NCBI GenBank assembly: GCA_002011125.2 | Contig: MTMF02000009.1 | Coordinates: 1,768,989 to 1,832,988 of the forward strand | Reading direction: 5' to 3' | DNA: 64,000 nt | DNA from: Candidatus Hydrothermarchaeum profundi | Lineage (GTDB): Archaea > Hydrothermarchaeota > Hydrothermarchaeia > Hydrothermarchaeales > Hydrothermarchaeaceae | In this document: positions 19,860-29,350 of the stretch, one piece after another | How positions within the stretch are numbered: position 1 is the stretch's first letter | How the letters are laid out: every line of letters begins with the position of its first letter | The notes under the pieces: model-generated | Databases searched by the model: none | What the model saw: the letters and a program-made list of their open reading frames with translations, nothing else | Told to the model about the DNA's origin: nothing | Position numbers and translations under genes: made by a program

Positions 19860-19945
19860 TCCGAATGAAAAGAGGGCGTGTTGGAGAACCCCCCAAAAGT
19901 CCTTCCGCCACCTCCTCTATTTTTTCGCCCTCTTTTCATTTCAAA
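19860..19945 (+). ncRNA. Candidate structured small RNA with an anti-SD sequence
   Basis: Perfect 15-bp inverted repeat 19864-19878/19926-19940 enclosing CCACCTCCT (19908-19916); TATA-like boxes at 19834-19849. Confidence 0.4.
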
Positions 19946-20084
19946 ATTATCAACAATATACCTTATAAAACTAGCATCCTACTTTACCTAAATTATTTTT
20001 TTAAGTAAAATTAATAAAAATCTATATTTTTAAATATTTAGAAACAATATTATTTTTTTTATAAAGATAAAAAAGGATGATAAA

Positions 20085-20867
20085 GTGAAAGTTAAGTTAA
20101 CAAGAAGAGAGTTTGTCATTGGATCAGCAGGATTTACAACGGGAATAGCTATAGGATCTCAGGGGTTAAATATAATTAAAAATTTGATAACCTCTGCAGA
20201 TAAAGAAACATCGAGACCAATTAAAGTAGCAAATAAGCCTCCCCTACTTCCATGGCCATATAAAAAATTAGATCCTGAAAAAGTTGCAAAGATAGCCTAT
20301 GAAAACTGGTATAAGGAATTCTGCGCTTATGCTGTTACAAGCGCAATCCTATTACCTCTCTGTAAAGAAATAGGGGAACCATACACCTCATTTCCATTAG
20401 AGTCTGTCAGATGGGGACATGGAGGAGTAGTAGGGTGGGGCACAACATGCGGAACGTTGTTGGGAGCGGGGTTTGCATTGAGCCTTATAGCTGGGAAAGA
20501 GGGTGAAAATATACTTAATGATCTTATATATTGGTATACAAAGTCTGAGCTACCTATTTATGAGCCAGAAAATCCCAAGGCAAGGATAAGAAATAGGAAT
20601 AAAAGCAATTCTCCTCTCTGCCATATTTCAGTAGGCAAGTGGATGAAAAAAGAGGATGTTAGATTTTATACCCTTGAGCGAAAGGAAAGATGTGCTAGAT
20701 TATCTGCAGATGTAGCTTCAAAAACGGTTAAATTACTGAATGAGTGGAAAGACGGAAAATATACACCGGTTCACAAATCCCAAGCTAAAACCCATCAAAT
20801 AACCGCTCAAAATAACTGTCTAGAATGTCATAGAAGCTTGCCTATTATACCTGGTACTAAGATGTAA
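20085..20867 (+). CDS. Split-Soret cytochrome c-like protein (C-GCAxxG-C-C family), Tat-exported
   Basis: TRREF twin-arginine signal; LPWPYKKLDP, FCAYAV, GWGTTCGTL, SPLCHISV, ERCARL; C-terminal CLECH heme-binding motif. Confidence 0.8.
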   Translation: MKVKLTRREFVIGSAGFTTGIAIGSQGLNIIKNLITSADKETSRPIKVANKPPLLPWPYKKLDPEKVAKIAYENWYKEFCAYAVTSAILLPLCKEIGEPYTSFPLESVRWGHGGVVGWGTTCGTLLGAGFALSLIAGKEGENILNDLIYWYTKSELPIYEPENPKARIRNRNKSNSPLCHISVGKWMKKEDVRFYTLERKERCARLSADVASKTVKLLNEWKDGKYTPVHKSQAKTHQITAQNNCLECHRSLPIIPGTKM

Positions 20868-21131
20868 GATACTGCGTCATAACAACCTTATTAAACATTA
20901 CCGCTCTATTTAGAAGGCTCATTTATAGCTTCACCTATGTCTTGTAAGGTCAAGATAAAATTTCGAGATTTCTTAAAGCTCAGTCTAATAAGGGAAGTGG
21001 AAACATCTTCTATACCACAAGACTTATTATAATAACTTACGCTGGCGTTGATTCTGAGGATGCTAGCGGGTTATTGAGGAGAGTTAATATTTTCCAATGT
21101 ATAATACTATAATGCTATAAAGGTGATTTAA

Positions 21132-21326
21132 TTGCCTACTACAATACAGGTAAAGGAGGATGTCTACCGGGTTCTTAAACATATGAAGGGGAGCATGGGC
21201 TTTGAGACCTATGATGACGTGATTAGGATGTTGCTGAAAGCTAAGAAGATAGCAGCCGAGGACTACTTCGGTAGGTACCCAAGGCTGAAGACCTTCGCGA
21301 GGGAGGAACTTGACCGTTTTGATTGA
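21132..21326 (+). CDS. VapB-type antitoxin
   Basis: MPTTIQV.EDVY..LK..K....TYDDVIR.L pattern; overlaps the start of a PIN-domain gene. Confidence 0.75.
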   Translation: MPTTIQVKEDVYRVLKHMKGSMGFETYDDVIRMLLKAKKIAAEDYFGRYPRLKTFAREELDRFD

Positions 21327-21673
21327 TTCTTGGGCATGGATTGAGTTTTTTAAGGGCTCAAAAGCAGGAGAGAAGATCAGAAAGTTCATAGTTGGTAGTG
21401 ATAAGCACTATTAACATTGCGGAGGTTTGCAGATGGTTTCTTGGATCTTACACTAAAGCAGATGCTGAAGAAGCTGAAGGGGTTATGAAAGAGGTTTCTC
21501 TCGTATTGCCTGTGAACGAGGATATAGTGGTGGAAGCAGCTAAAATAAAACACAGAAAAGGATGGGGCCTGGGAGATTCTATCATATATGCTACGGCAAA
21601 ACAGGAGCAGGCAAAGATAGTCACTGAAGATCCGGATTTTAAAGGAATAAAAGACGTAGTTTTTATAAGGTAA
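21310..21673 (+). pseudogene. vapC: VapC PIN-domain toxin split by a frameshift
   Basis: TTG 21310 gives MTVLIDSWAWIEFFKGSKAGEKIRKFI... with a stop at 21412-21414; the remainder (STINIAEV...GLGDSIIYATA...TEDPDF) lies in the +1 frame from about 21392. Confidence 0.8.
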
Positions 21674-21869
21674 TTTTACAAATTTTTCTATGGGTAAATA
21701 AGTAAAACTATTCTCCATCCTTAAAATCCTTCAACTAGGCGAGTGCTCCCCGGCCTATGAGTTCCTCTTTGTCTTCCCAAGTTCTATAAGCATAAATTGA
21801 ATTATGACTACATACTCATTTTCAATTATTTGAAAAAATGTGAGGTTATATGCGACAGCGATACTTATA

Positions 21870-21903
21870 GAAAAATATATATAATATTTGCTACTATGTA
21901 GCA
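21870..21903 (+). promoter_or_regulatory. BRE/TATA promoter with downstream dyad TGCTAC-TAT-GTAGCA (candidate operator) for aroA'-aroB'
   Basis: GAAAAATATATATAA at 21870-21884; perfect 6-bp inverted repeat at 21889-21903. Confidence 0.45.
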
Positions 21904-21930
21904 TGCCAACAAATAACAAGGAGGAATAAT

Positions 21931-22737
21931 ATGACCGAAATCGGGAAAAATGTCAGATTAGAGAGAATAATGAATAGAAAAACTGGGAAGATAATAATTG
22001 TGCCAATGGACCATGGAGTCTCGTCTGGCCCTATACCGGGCCTTATAGATATGCCCCGGATAGTGAATCTTGTGGCAGAGGGGGGCGCTAATGCAGTTTT
22101 ACTCCATAAGGGAATAATAAAAGTAGGCCACAGAGGTTACGGGAAGGATATAGGACTAATTATGCATTTATCAGGCAGTACATCTCTTGGACCTGATCCC
22201 AACAATAAGGTGCTAATATCGAGCGTTGAGGAAGCATTGAGACTTGGCGCAGATGCTGTAAGCGTACACATAAACATTGGCGCAGAAAATGAAGCAGATA
22301 TGTTAAAGATTCTAGGTGAAACTTCACGGAAATGCATGCTGTGGGGTATGCCCTTACTTGCTATGATGTATCCTCGAGGAAAAAAGATAGAGGAAAAAGG
22401 CGGTGAGCATGTCGTAGAAGTAGTTAAACACGCCGCGAGAGCAGGAGCAGAGTTAGGTGCAGACATAATAAAAACTAATTATACAGGTAGCCCAGACTCT
22501 TTCCGAGAAGTCGTAGAAGGCTGTCCTGTACCGGTAGTTATCGCTGGCGGCCCTAAGATGGAGACTGATAGAGATGTTTTGGAGATGGTTGAGGGATCAA
22601 TAGAAGCAGGCGGGGCTGGAACCTCCATAGGCAGGAATATATTCCAGCACGAGAATCCGACTAAAATGGTTAGAGCGATAGCTAGGATCGTCCATGAGGG
22701 ATGGAGCGCAGAAGAAGCCTTGGAGGAGCTAAAGTGA
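21931..22737 (+). CDS. aroA': 2-amino-3,7-dideoxy-D-threo-hept-6-ulosonate synthase (class I aldolase)
   Basis: [31 protein letters not shown] (Schiff-base Lys), GRNIFQ; translationally coupled to aroB'. Confidence 0.92.
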   Translation: MTEIGKNVRLERIMNRKTGKIIIVPMDHGVSSGPIPGLIDMPRIVNLVAEGGANAVLLHKGIIKVGHRGYGKDIGLIMHLSGSTSLGPDPNNKVLISSVEEALRLGADAVSVHINIGAENEADMLKILGETSRKCMLWGMPLLAMMYPRGKKIEEKGGEHVVEVVKHAARAGAELGADIIKTNYTGSPDSFREVVEGCPVPVVIAGGPKMETDRDVLEMVEGSIEAGGAGTSIGRNIFQHENPTKMVRAIARIVHEGWSAEEALEELK

Positions 22738-23879
22738 AATTCTTTTGGTTTGAACCACTAGGAAAGTCGTGGGAGGAGAGAAAGAATCTCATTACCACCG
22801 CATTAGAGTCAGGTGCCCAAGGAGTGATAGTAGACCAGAGCGAAGTAGAAAAAACTGCTAAACTCGGTGATATAGACATCGTCGTCTCTGACTCTAGCGG
22901 CCTAAAAGAGCTATTAAATAAGGGAGCTGACATTATCCTTGTTGGGAGAGGAGGCGATGGTCAAGACCCTAACCTATCAAAGCCGGAGGAATCAAAAGAC
23001 TTGGCAAGGCTCAAGGAACTTAAGGAAAGTGGATTTAAAACTTGCGGATATGTCGAGATAAAAAGCAAGGCCCATGAGAGGCTCGCAGCAGCCGAGGCTA
23101 GAAATTCTGATTATGTTATCGTAGTTGGCCAAGAATGGAAAGTTATACCTCTCGAAAATCTAATAGCTGAGCTTCAAAAAGAAGAATGCAAAGTTATAGC
23201 CGGAGTTAAAGACTCCCAAGAGGCCAAACTTGCCTTTGAAACCCTCGAAATAGGGGCTGATGGCGTTTTACTTCAAAGTGATGATATAAACGAGATAAAA
23301 AAAGTTTCTAAGCTAGTGGAGAGGGCTTCTGAGAAGCTGTTGCTACAGCCTGCTAAGATTAAGAGCTTGAAGCCGGTTGGTATGGGCGACAGGGTTTGTA
23401 TAGATACTGCCTCGCTTCTGAATATAGGTGAAGGAATGCTGATAGGCTCGCAATCTAGCGGACTGTTTCTAGTTCACTCTGAAAGCCTAGAAACTGAATA
23501 TGTTGCTGCTAGGCCATTCAGGGTGAACGCTGGCGCGGTGCATGCATATGTCCTCGTGCCTGGAGGTAAGACGAGATACCTCAGCGAACTTAAGGCAGGG
23601 GACGAAGTCTTAGCCGTAGACAAAGATGGAAATACTAGGACTGTTATAGTAGGTAGAGTAAAAATCGAAAAGAGGCCTCTAATACTAATAGAAGCGGAGA
23701 TAGAAGGCCATGTTTTTAAGACTCTCTTACAGAATGCTGAAACTATAATGCTAGTAAGCGGAGAAGGGTCCCCAATCTCTATCTCTAAGCTGAAGCCCGG
23801 TGACGAAGTTTTGATTCACATCAAGGAGAAGGCGAGACACTTCGGAATGGAGGTTGAAGAGAGCATAATAGAGCTATAA
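22734..23879 (+). CDS. aroB': 3-dehydroquinate synthase II
   Basis: [44 protein letters not shown]; GTG start overlaps the aroA' stop. Confidence 0.94.
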   Translation: MKFFWFEPLGKSWEERKNLITTALESGAQGVIVDQSEVEKTAKLGDIDIVVSDSSGLKELLNKGADIILVGRGGDGQDPNLSKPEESKDLARLKELKESGFKTCGYVEIKSKAHERLAAAEARNSDYVIVVGQEWKVIPLENLIAELQKEECKVIAGVKDSQEAKLAFETLEIGADGVLLQSDDINEIKKVSKLVERASEKLLLQPAKIKSLKPVGMGDRVCIDTASLLNIGEGMLIGSQSSGLFLVHSESLETEYVAARPFRVNAGAVHAYVLVPGGKTRYLSELKAGDEVLAVDKDGNTRTVIVGRVKIEKRPLILIEAEIEGHVFKTLLQNAETIMLVSGEGSPISISKLKPGDEVLIHIKEKARHFGMEVEESIIEL

Positions 23880-23888
23880 ATCTTCTTT

Positions 23889-24362
23889 TCACTTTTTACT
23901 GCGCTCCCTGTTAATCTCAATAACTTCCCGAAGCTTCCCGTAGAGATTGAAAAGATGCTCCATCCTCCTTTCTACTTTTTTGAACTCTTTGTCGGTATGG
24001 TAGCCCATTTGCTGAATGTTTTCAAGCACTTGGGACGCTACTTCATTAGGATCCGTTGAGGCAACTCCTTCAGAGCTTGGGAATCCGGATTTATTCATGA
24101 TTACCTCAACCTTTCTTGCGTCCACCTGGCTTCGTAAGAACTGTATATCCACGTTTCTTTCTAAAAAGGTACGCCATACTTCACTTTCATCTATGGCTGA
24201 AACCTTCCCTTTTTTAATCTCTATTAAGCCTTTCCAGTATAGATCGTCCAACGATGCATTGAGTTCCTTATGAGTCAGCCCGGTCTTCTTTTTTAAGTCT
24301 CTTTTATCTATTTCCCCAATTTCGTATACTACTTCGAGAATTTTTTCGAGATTCTTATCCAT
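23889..24362 (-). CDS. Hypothetical protein with N-terminal winged-helix domain and C-terminal helical segment
   Basis: KILEVVYEIGEIDKRDLKKKTGLTHKELNASLDDLYWKGLIEIK resembles a wHTH. Confidence 0.65.
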   Translation of the reverse strand: MDKNLEKILEVVYEIGEIDKRDLKKKTGLTHKELNASLDDLYWKGLIEIKKGKVSAIDESEVWRTFLERNVDIQFLRSQVDARKVEVIMNKSGFPSSEGVASTDPNEVASQVLENIQQMGYHTDKEFKKVERRMEHLFNLYGKLREVIEINRERSKK

Positions 24363-24401
24363 TCTAGTAAGTTTAAATATGTATAAATATAAATTTTAGC
24401 C

Positions 24402-27400
24402 ATGATGGATTCCCATGCCTCAAAACATGCTCTATTAATCGAGAGGCAGCTTCGAGAGGAATTATCTAAGCTTAAGGAGTTATTAAGGAGCAAGAAGGCG
24501 GATGAAGCTACATTATTGATGCTTACTAAAAGAGCTGTCAAGCTTGAAGAACTCTTAAGAGACGAAGTTTCTACTACGATAGGAAGAATTGAAAGGGCTA
24601 TAAAAGAGGCGGAAAAGAAGGAGAATAAGATTAGGGAGCTAGAGCGTTTACTGAAAGAGAAGGAAAAAGAGAAAAAAGAGCTTACATCTAATATCTCAAA
24701 TTTGAAGTCAAAACTTGGGGTATCATGGTCGAGGATAGAGAAACTCAAAGAAGAAATCCGCTTAAAAAACCTTAAGATAGAAGACCTAGAGAGCAAGGTA
24801 GGCAGAGCCGAGGGTGAAGCGTCTAGGAATATAAAGGAGCTTAAATCCAAAGTTCGGGAGCTTACTTTTGCTCTTGAGGATGCTGAAAAAAAAGCTAGAG
24901 AAGAAGAAGAAAAAATCAAAGAGATTGAAGCGGAGATTGAAGATAAAGAAAACGAGAGGCTCGCCCTATTATCACAACTTGAAGATTTTAAGGACAAAGC
25001 TGAGAGCTATGAAGAACTCATAAAGGAGCTCAGCAGAGAAAAAGAGGCTCTAGCGAAAGAGATTGAAAAACTTAAGAAGGAAAAAGCAGAGCTAGAAGCC
25101 GGTGTAGAAGGTGCGAGAGAGATTGAGGACCGGATAGCTGAGCTAATGCTAAAGCTTGGAGAAAGAGATGAAGAGATCAAGAGACTAAAAGAGGAACTTC
25201 AGGTCAGAAATAAAGAGCTAGAGGATACCGACGCAGAGCTTAAGAAGATGGTATCGGAGATAGCAGAGCTAAATCAACGCTTAGCAGAGGCAGAGGAGGC
25301 TTTGAGGGAGAGAGAAGAAGCTGTTGAGAGGGTCGTAGAAAGAGATATAAAGCTAAAAGAGATGGAGAAAACCCTTGCCGAGAAGGAAAAGGAGATAGAG
25401 TTTCTTAGAGCACGGGCACAGGAGCTGATGAGAAGTCTTGAAGAAAAGGATCTAAAGATAGAAAAGCTGAAGAGCCTCGAAGGAATCTTGTCAGAGGTCT
25501 CCAAGCGAGATATGAGAATTCTCCAACTAGAAAGAGAGCTAGAGGAGAAAGAGAGAAATATAAAGGCACTGGAACTGCAAGTAGAGAGTTTAGAGGAAAA
25601 TCTAAGAGAGAGTGAGATAAAACTAGAAGAGCTTAAATCTAAATTGGCGGAGAGAGATAAGAGGCTCTGGGAGCTAGACCAGAAGATGAGGGAAGCTTTA
25701 GCTACGATTGAAAAGAGAGAAGGAGAGATCGAGAATCTTCACAAAGTATTGGACGAAAGTAAGGAAAAACTAGAAGAAAGCCAGAACTATTCAAAAGAGC
25801 TGGAGTCCTCGATAGCACATTTGCGGGAGGAATATAATCAAAGAGAAAAAGAGTTTGAGAGCAAGATTAGCGAGCTGGAAATAACTCGGAAAGAACTTTC
25901 ATCAGAAATAGAGAAGTTACATGAAAGGCTTTCTCAAAAGGAGGAAGAACTACGAGAAAATACTGTGAAGACAGAGAAGTTAGAAGGAGATCTGCAAGCT
26001 GTTCAAAAAGAATTAAGCCTTAAAGAAAAGGAGCTGGTAAATAAAGGGGGAGAGATAAGTCAGCTAAAGCAAGCGGTAGAAACTTCTAATATGAGAATAG
26101 CGGAGTTAGAGAGCATCGCTGGTGAGAGAGACGAACTCCTTAAAGCACTTCAAAATAAAGAGGAATCTATCAAGGAACTAGAGATTAAGATAGATACACA
26201 AGCCAGAGAAATAGAGGATCTGAGAAGCCTATTAAGAGAAAAAGCAGAAGAACTCGAGAATGCTAAAAAAGAACTCATAGAAGCGAAGGAGAGAGAGGAG
26301 GAGCTACAGAAGGAATTAGAGCGGTCAAGAACAGAACTTTCTACCATCCTAAAAAAGATAGAAAACAAGGAAGAGAAGCTTAATGAATTGGATTATAATG
26401 TAGCCTCACTACAAAACCAGGTGAAAGAAAAGGAAGAAGCATTAACAAGCATACTGCAGGAAAAATCAATGCTTGAAAGCGAGCTATCTGAAGCTAGGAG
26501 TAAACTAGGTGAAGCTGAGGAGCTTATTAAAGATAAGGACAGCAAAATAACAGAACTTAGCCTGAGAGTAGAGTCGCTCTCAGAGACTCTTCAGGGAAAA
26601 GTTGAGGAAATAGAGCGCTTATCCCGTTTAAATGAAGCCCTAGAAGAACAGGTAGTGAATTTCTCTCATAAAGATGAAGAGATTGAAAAACTTAAGGAAG
26701 AACTCGATCATACTAGAGAAAAGATTGAAGAGCTATCACAGCTTGAAGAAGAGATTTCAATAAAGGATAATAGAGTAAAGGAGCTAGAGAAGGCTATAGA
26801 GGAAGCCTCTAATCAGATGAAATTAAAAGAGGATGAGAACAGCGCGTTGCAGGAGCATCTTGAAGCCCTCAAAGAAGAACTTATGCAACTGAGTGAAGAC
26901 CTTGAAAGAAAGAATCAAATGCTTAGAGAAACCGGAGAATTTGAGAAAAGAGTAATCGAGTTAGAAGAAGAGTTGCGCAAAGCAAAAGCTGAAAAAGAAG
27001 CGTGGGAGAACAAGCTGGATGAACTAAGCAAACAACTAGACTCAGAGATAGAAGAAAAACACAGACTGTTAAACGAAATCTCAAGGCAGGAAAGCTCCAT
27101 AGCTGAATTTGAGAATAAGCTTAGGGAAGCGCAGGCAGAGATAAAAGAGAGGGACGCATTAATTGAGGAATTAAACTCTAAGATAAATGAAATCTCACAA
27201 GGAATGAGCGAGGCAGATAAGTCTTATAAGGAATCTATAAAAAGTCTTGAAGAGAGTCTCGCTTCACGAGAAGAAGAGATAAAACAGCTGAAGAACGCTT
27301 TAGAGGAGATGAATGAGAAAAACCTAGAACTCATAAGGCTCATTGAAGACAGGGAAAGAACGGTTATAGAACTAGAGAAAGAACTGCAATTATTAGAAAA

Positions 27401-27767
27401 AGAAAAAGCCGAGTATGAGGCCCAGAGACGGGAAGCTGAAGAAAAGCTTAGAGAGGAGATAATGGTGCCTCTACCTAGATTAAATGAGCTGGAAGGCACT
27501 ATAAGAAAGTTAAAAGCAGAACTGGAAAGAAGTGCTTCAGAAAAAGAGATGCTCAATAAAAAGATAGAGGAACTTGAGAAAACGTTAAAAGAGAAAGATA
27601 AAGAAATAAGTTCCACCGCAGAAAGGTATTTGAAGGAGTTAAGAAGGGTAGAAAAAGAAACTCTTGAAAAACATAGAGAATACGAAAACCGGATTAGAGA
27701 GCTTGATGAACAATTACAGTTGCTTGGCGAAGAGATTATAAAGACAATAGAACAATTAAAGGCCTGA
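24402..27767 (+). CDS. Very long coiled-coil protein (1121 aa), no ATPase or TM segment
   Basis: E/K/L-rich heptads from end to end, almost no Pro or Gly, no Walker A. Confidence 0.85.
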   Translation: MMDSHASKHALLIERQLREELSKLKELLRSKKADEATLLMLTKRAVKLEELLRDEVSTTIGRIERAIKEAEKKENKIRELERLLKEKEKEKKELTSNISNLKSKLGVSWSRIEKLKEEIRLKNLKIEDLESKVGRAEGEASRNIKELKSKVRELTFALEDAEKKAREEEEKIKEIEAEIEDKENERLALLSQLEDFKDKAESYEELIKELSREKEALAKEIEKLKKEKAELEAGVEGAREIEDRIAELMLKLGERDEEIKRLKEELQVRNKELEDTDAELKKMVSEIAELNQRLAEAEEALREREEAVERVVERDIKLKEMEKTLAEKEKEIEFLRARAQELMRSLEEKDLKIEKLKSLEGILSEVSKRDMRILQLERELEEKERNIKALELQVESLEENLRESEIKLEELKSKLAERDKRLWELDQKMREALATIEKREGEIENLHKVLDESKEKLEESQNYSKELESSIAHLREEYNQREKEFESKISELEITRKELSSEIEKLHERLSQKEEELRENTVKTEKLEGDLQAVQKELSLKEKELVNKGGEISQLKQAVETSNMRIAELESIAGERDELLKALQNKEESIKELEIKIDTQAREIEDLRSLLREKAEELENAKKELIEAKEREEELQKELERSRTELSTILKKIENKEEKLNELDYNVASLQNQVKEKEEALTSILQEKSMLESELSEARSKLGEAEELIKDKDSKITELSLRVESLSETLQGKVEEIERLSRLNEALEEQVVNFSHKDEEIEKLKEELDHTREKIEELSQLEEEISIKDNRVKELEKAIEEASNQMKLKEDENSALQEHLEALKEELMQLSEDLERKNQMLRETGEFEKRVIELEEELRKAKAEKEAWENKLDELSKQLDSEIEEKHRLLNEISRQESSIAEFENKLREAQAEIKERDALIEELNSKINEISQGMSEADKSYKESIKSLEESLASREEEIKQLKNALEEMNEKNLELIRLIEDRERTVIELEKELQLLEKEKAEYEAQRREAEEKLREEIMVPLPRLNELEGTIRKLKAELERSASEKEMLNKKIEELEKTLKEKDKEISSTAERYLKELRRVEKETLEKHREYENRIRELDEQLQLLGEEIIKTIEQLKA

Positions 27768-27768
27768 C

Positions 27769-27843
27769 GCTCCGGTAGTGTAGACCGGCCAATCATGTGG
27801 GACTCTCACTCCCACGACCGGGGTTCAAATCCCCGCCGGAGCA
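27769..27843 (+). tRNA. tRNA-Glu (anticodon CTC)
   Basis: Cloverleaf: GCTCCGG/CCGGAGC acceptor, TGGGA-CTCTCAC-TCCCA anticodon arm, CGGGG-TTCAAAT-CCCCG T-arm; no intron, no encoded CCA. Confidence 0.96.
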
Positions 27844-27905
27844 ATCCTTTGCCACGTCCTAAGCTCCTTGGAATTTATTAGCTTTGAGATAGGAGGCTTA
27901 GGAAC

Positions 27906-28154
27906 GTGGCCGACATCTATAGGAGAGACTTAGAGGAGAAAGCTAAAAACTATATCTCCAAGCTCCCAGCCGAAGATAGAGAAGACATGAGAGGATTCTA
28001 CACCGACCTCACGGCAAGAGGCTACAGCCCGAGCAGAGTTGACAAATACATGGCCTCCTTGGTCAGTATAGGCCGGAGGTTGGGATCCTTTAAGAAAGCT
28101 AGGAGGGAGGACGTTAAACGCTATGTAGCCTGTCCGGAGAGGTCTGGCAGATAA
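27906..28154 (+). pseudogene. N-terminal fragment of a tyrosine recombinase/integrase
   Basis: DREDMRGFYTDLTARGYSPSRVDKYMASL...SFKKARREDVKRYV resembles the N-terminal domain of archaeal integrases; AGGAGG RBS; catalytic domain missing. Confidence 0.7.
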
Positions 28155-28421
28155 TACTGATGTTGGAGTGCCTAGTTATAGGCGTGGCTTTCCTGGTGAT
28201 TGTGAAATGTTAGGAGTTTGACTCTTTTAAGTCAAATTTGAATCATTTGGGTTGCAAGTGGTAAAAAGGTTTTAGACCTCTTAAAAAAATACTACCTTAG
28301 TCTAAGCTGAAGCCTATCCTGCTCAGCTACTATGTCTCTGGCTTTGCTGGACAATATTAGCGAAGTCGGCAACCAGCCTCTATTTCTCTACCTACCTCAT
28401 AGAAAGGCAGGCTTATAGCGG

Positions 28422-28856
28422 TTACTTCTCCGTGTGTGTTGGCGCGGGAATAACGCCAAGCTGTTCCATCATACCTAGATTGTCTCCAACACCCCATCGT
28501 TCCGCTATCTTGCCGCCAGCAATGCGGACAATGTCAATTGTAGCTAGTTTTATCTGTTTGCCAGTAGGAGCAATGCCCATGAACTCACCTTTATGTGTGC
28601 CACGCAGCGTTATACGGGCTACTACCTTATCCCCCTCAGCGATCATATCTTCAACTGTGACATTAAGGTCAGGGAAGGCATTACGAAACATAGTAAAAGT
28701 CTGTTTTATACCCTCAGGTCCAGGTGATATTTCCGGGGGTGCATTATGGTCGATGAAATTAATGGCTACTAGCTCGTCTACAGCAGCAAAGTTCCCCTTG
28801 TTATGTATCTCCTCATATACTCGGCGGACAAGAGCTTTGTTTTCTTCTACTGACAT
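28422..28856 (-). CDS. SnoaL-like ester cyclase (NTF2 fold)
   Basis: EENKALVRR, AFPDL..TVEDMIAEGDKVV.R...GTH.GEFMGIAPTGK, GKIAERW; RBS AGAGGAGGTGA. Confidence 0.92.
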   Translation of the reverse strand: MSVEENKALVRRVYEEIHNKGNFAAVDELVAINFIDHNAPPEISPGPEGIKQTFTMFRNAFPDLNVTVEDMIAEGDKVVARITLRGTHKGEFMGIAPTGKQIKLATIDIVRIAGGKIAERWGVGDNLGMMEQLGVIPAPTHTEK

Positions 28857-28876
28857 ATTTATCACCTCCTCTTTAT

Positions 28877-28915
28877 ATTATACTCAGCACAGGTCTGAGT
28901 TCAATTGCATGTCAA
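28877..28915 (-). promoter_or_regulatory. Bacterial sigma70-like promoter with a dyad in the spacer, upstream of the SnoaL gene
   Basis: Minus strand: TTGACA (28915-28910), then TTGAAC-16 nt-TATAAT; inverted repeat ACTCAG-N7-CTGAGT at 28882-28900. Confidence 0.4.
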
Positions 28916-29350
28916 TATGGTAATCCACACTTGACACGCCTCACCAGAAACTATTCATGTTTTACCAAATCTACTATTTGGTCATGAGTTACCCCCCTTC
29001 TGAGGTAGCTGGTTGCCGCTTGCTAACTTTTTATATGAACATTCAATAAAAAAAAATTTCGCCAGTTAATACCGAAGGAATTTCTATTTTGACGGCGATT
29101 CTTTTTACTTGCTTCTTTGATATAGTTCTTCTCAGATTGATATGCGATAAACACATTTACGCAGCTTTTATAGGAGCTTCTATCTCGTCATATATTTTCT
29201 CTAAATCTTCTTCTTTTCCTGTACGTCAAAGCCAACTAGGATCCCAAGGGAGGCAGTCAAGCTCTACAAGACCCGGAGGGAGGTTCTAAGCCAAGAAGAG
29301 AAAGAAGACAACAAGGCTCCTCTTATTCCTCGATATTGGTAGTCAGGTGG

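Noticed and set aside
24402-27767. SMC/Rad50 annotation for the long coiled coil
   Set aside because: No Walker A/B, ABC signature, hinge or CxxC hook is present.
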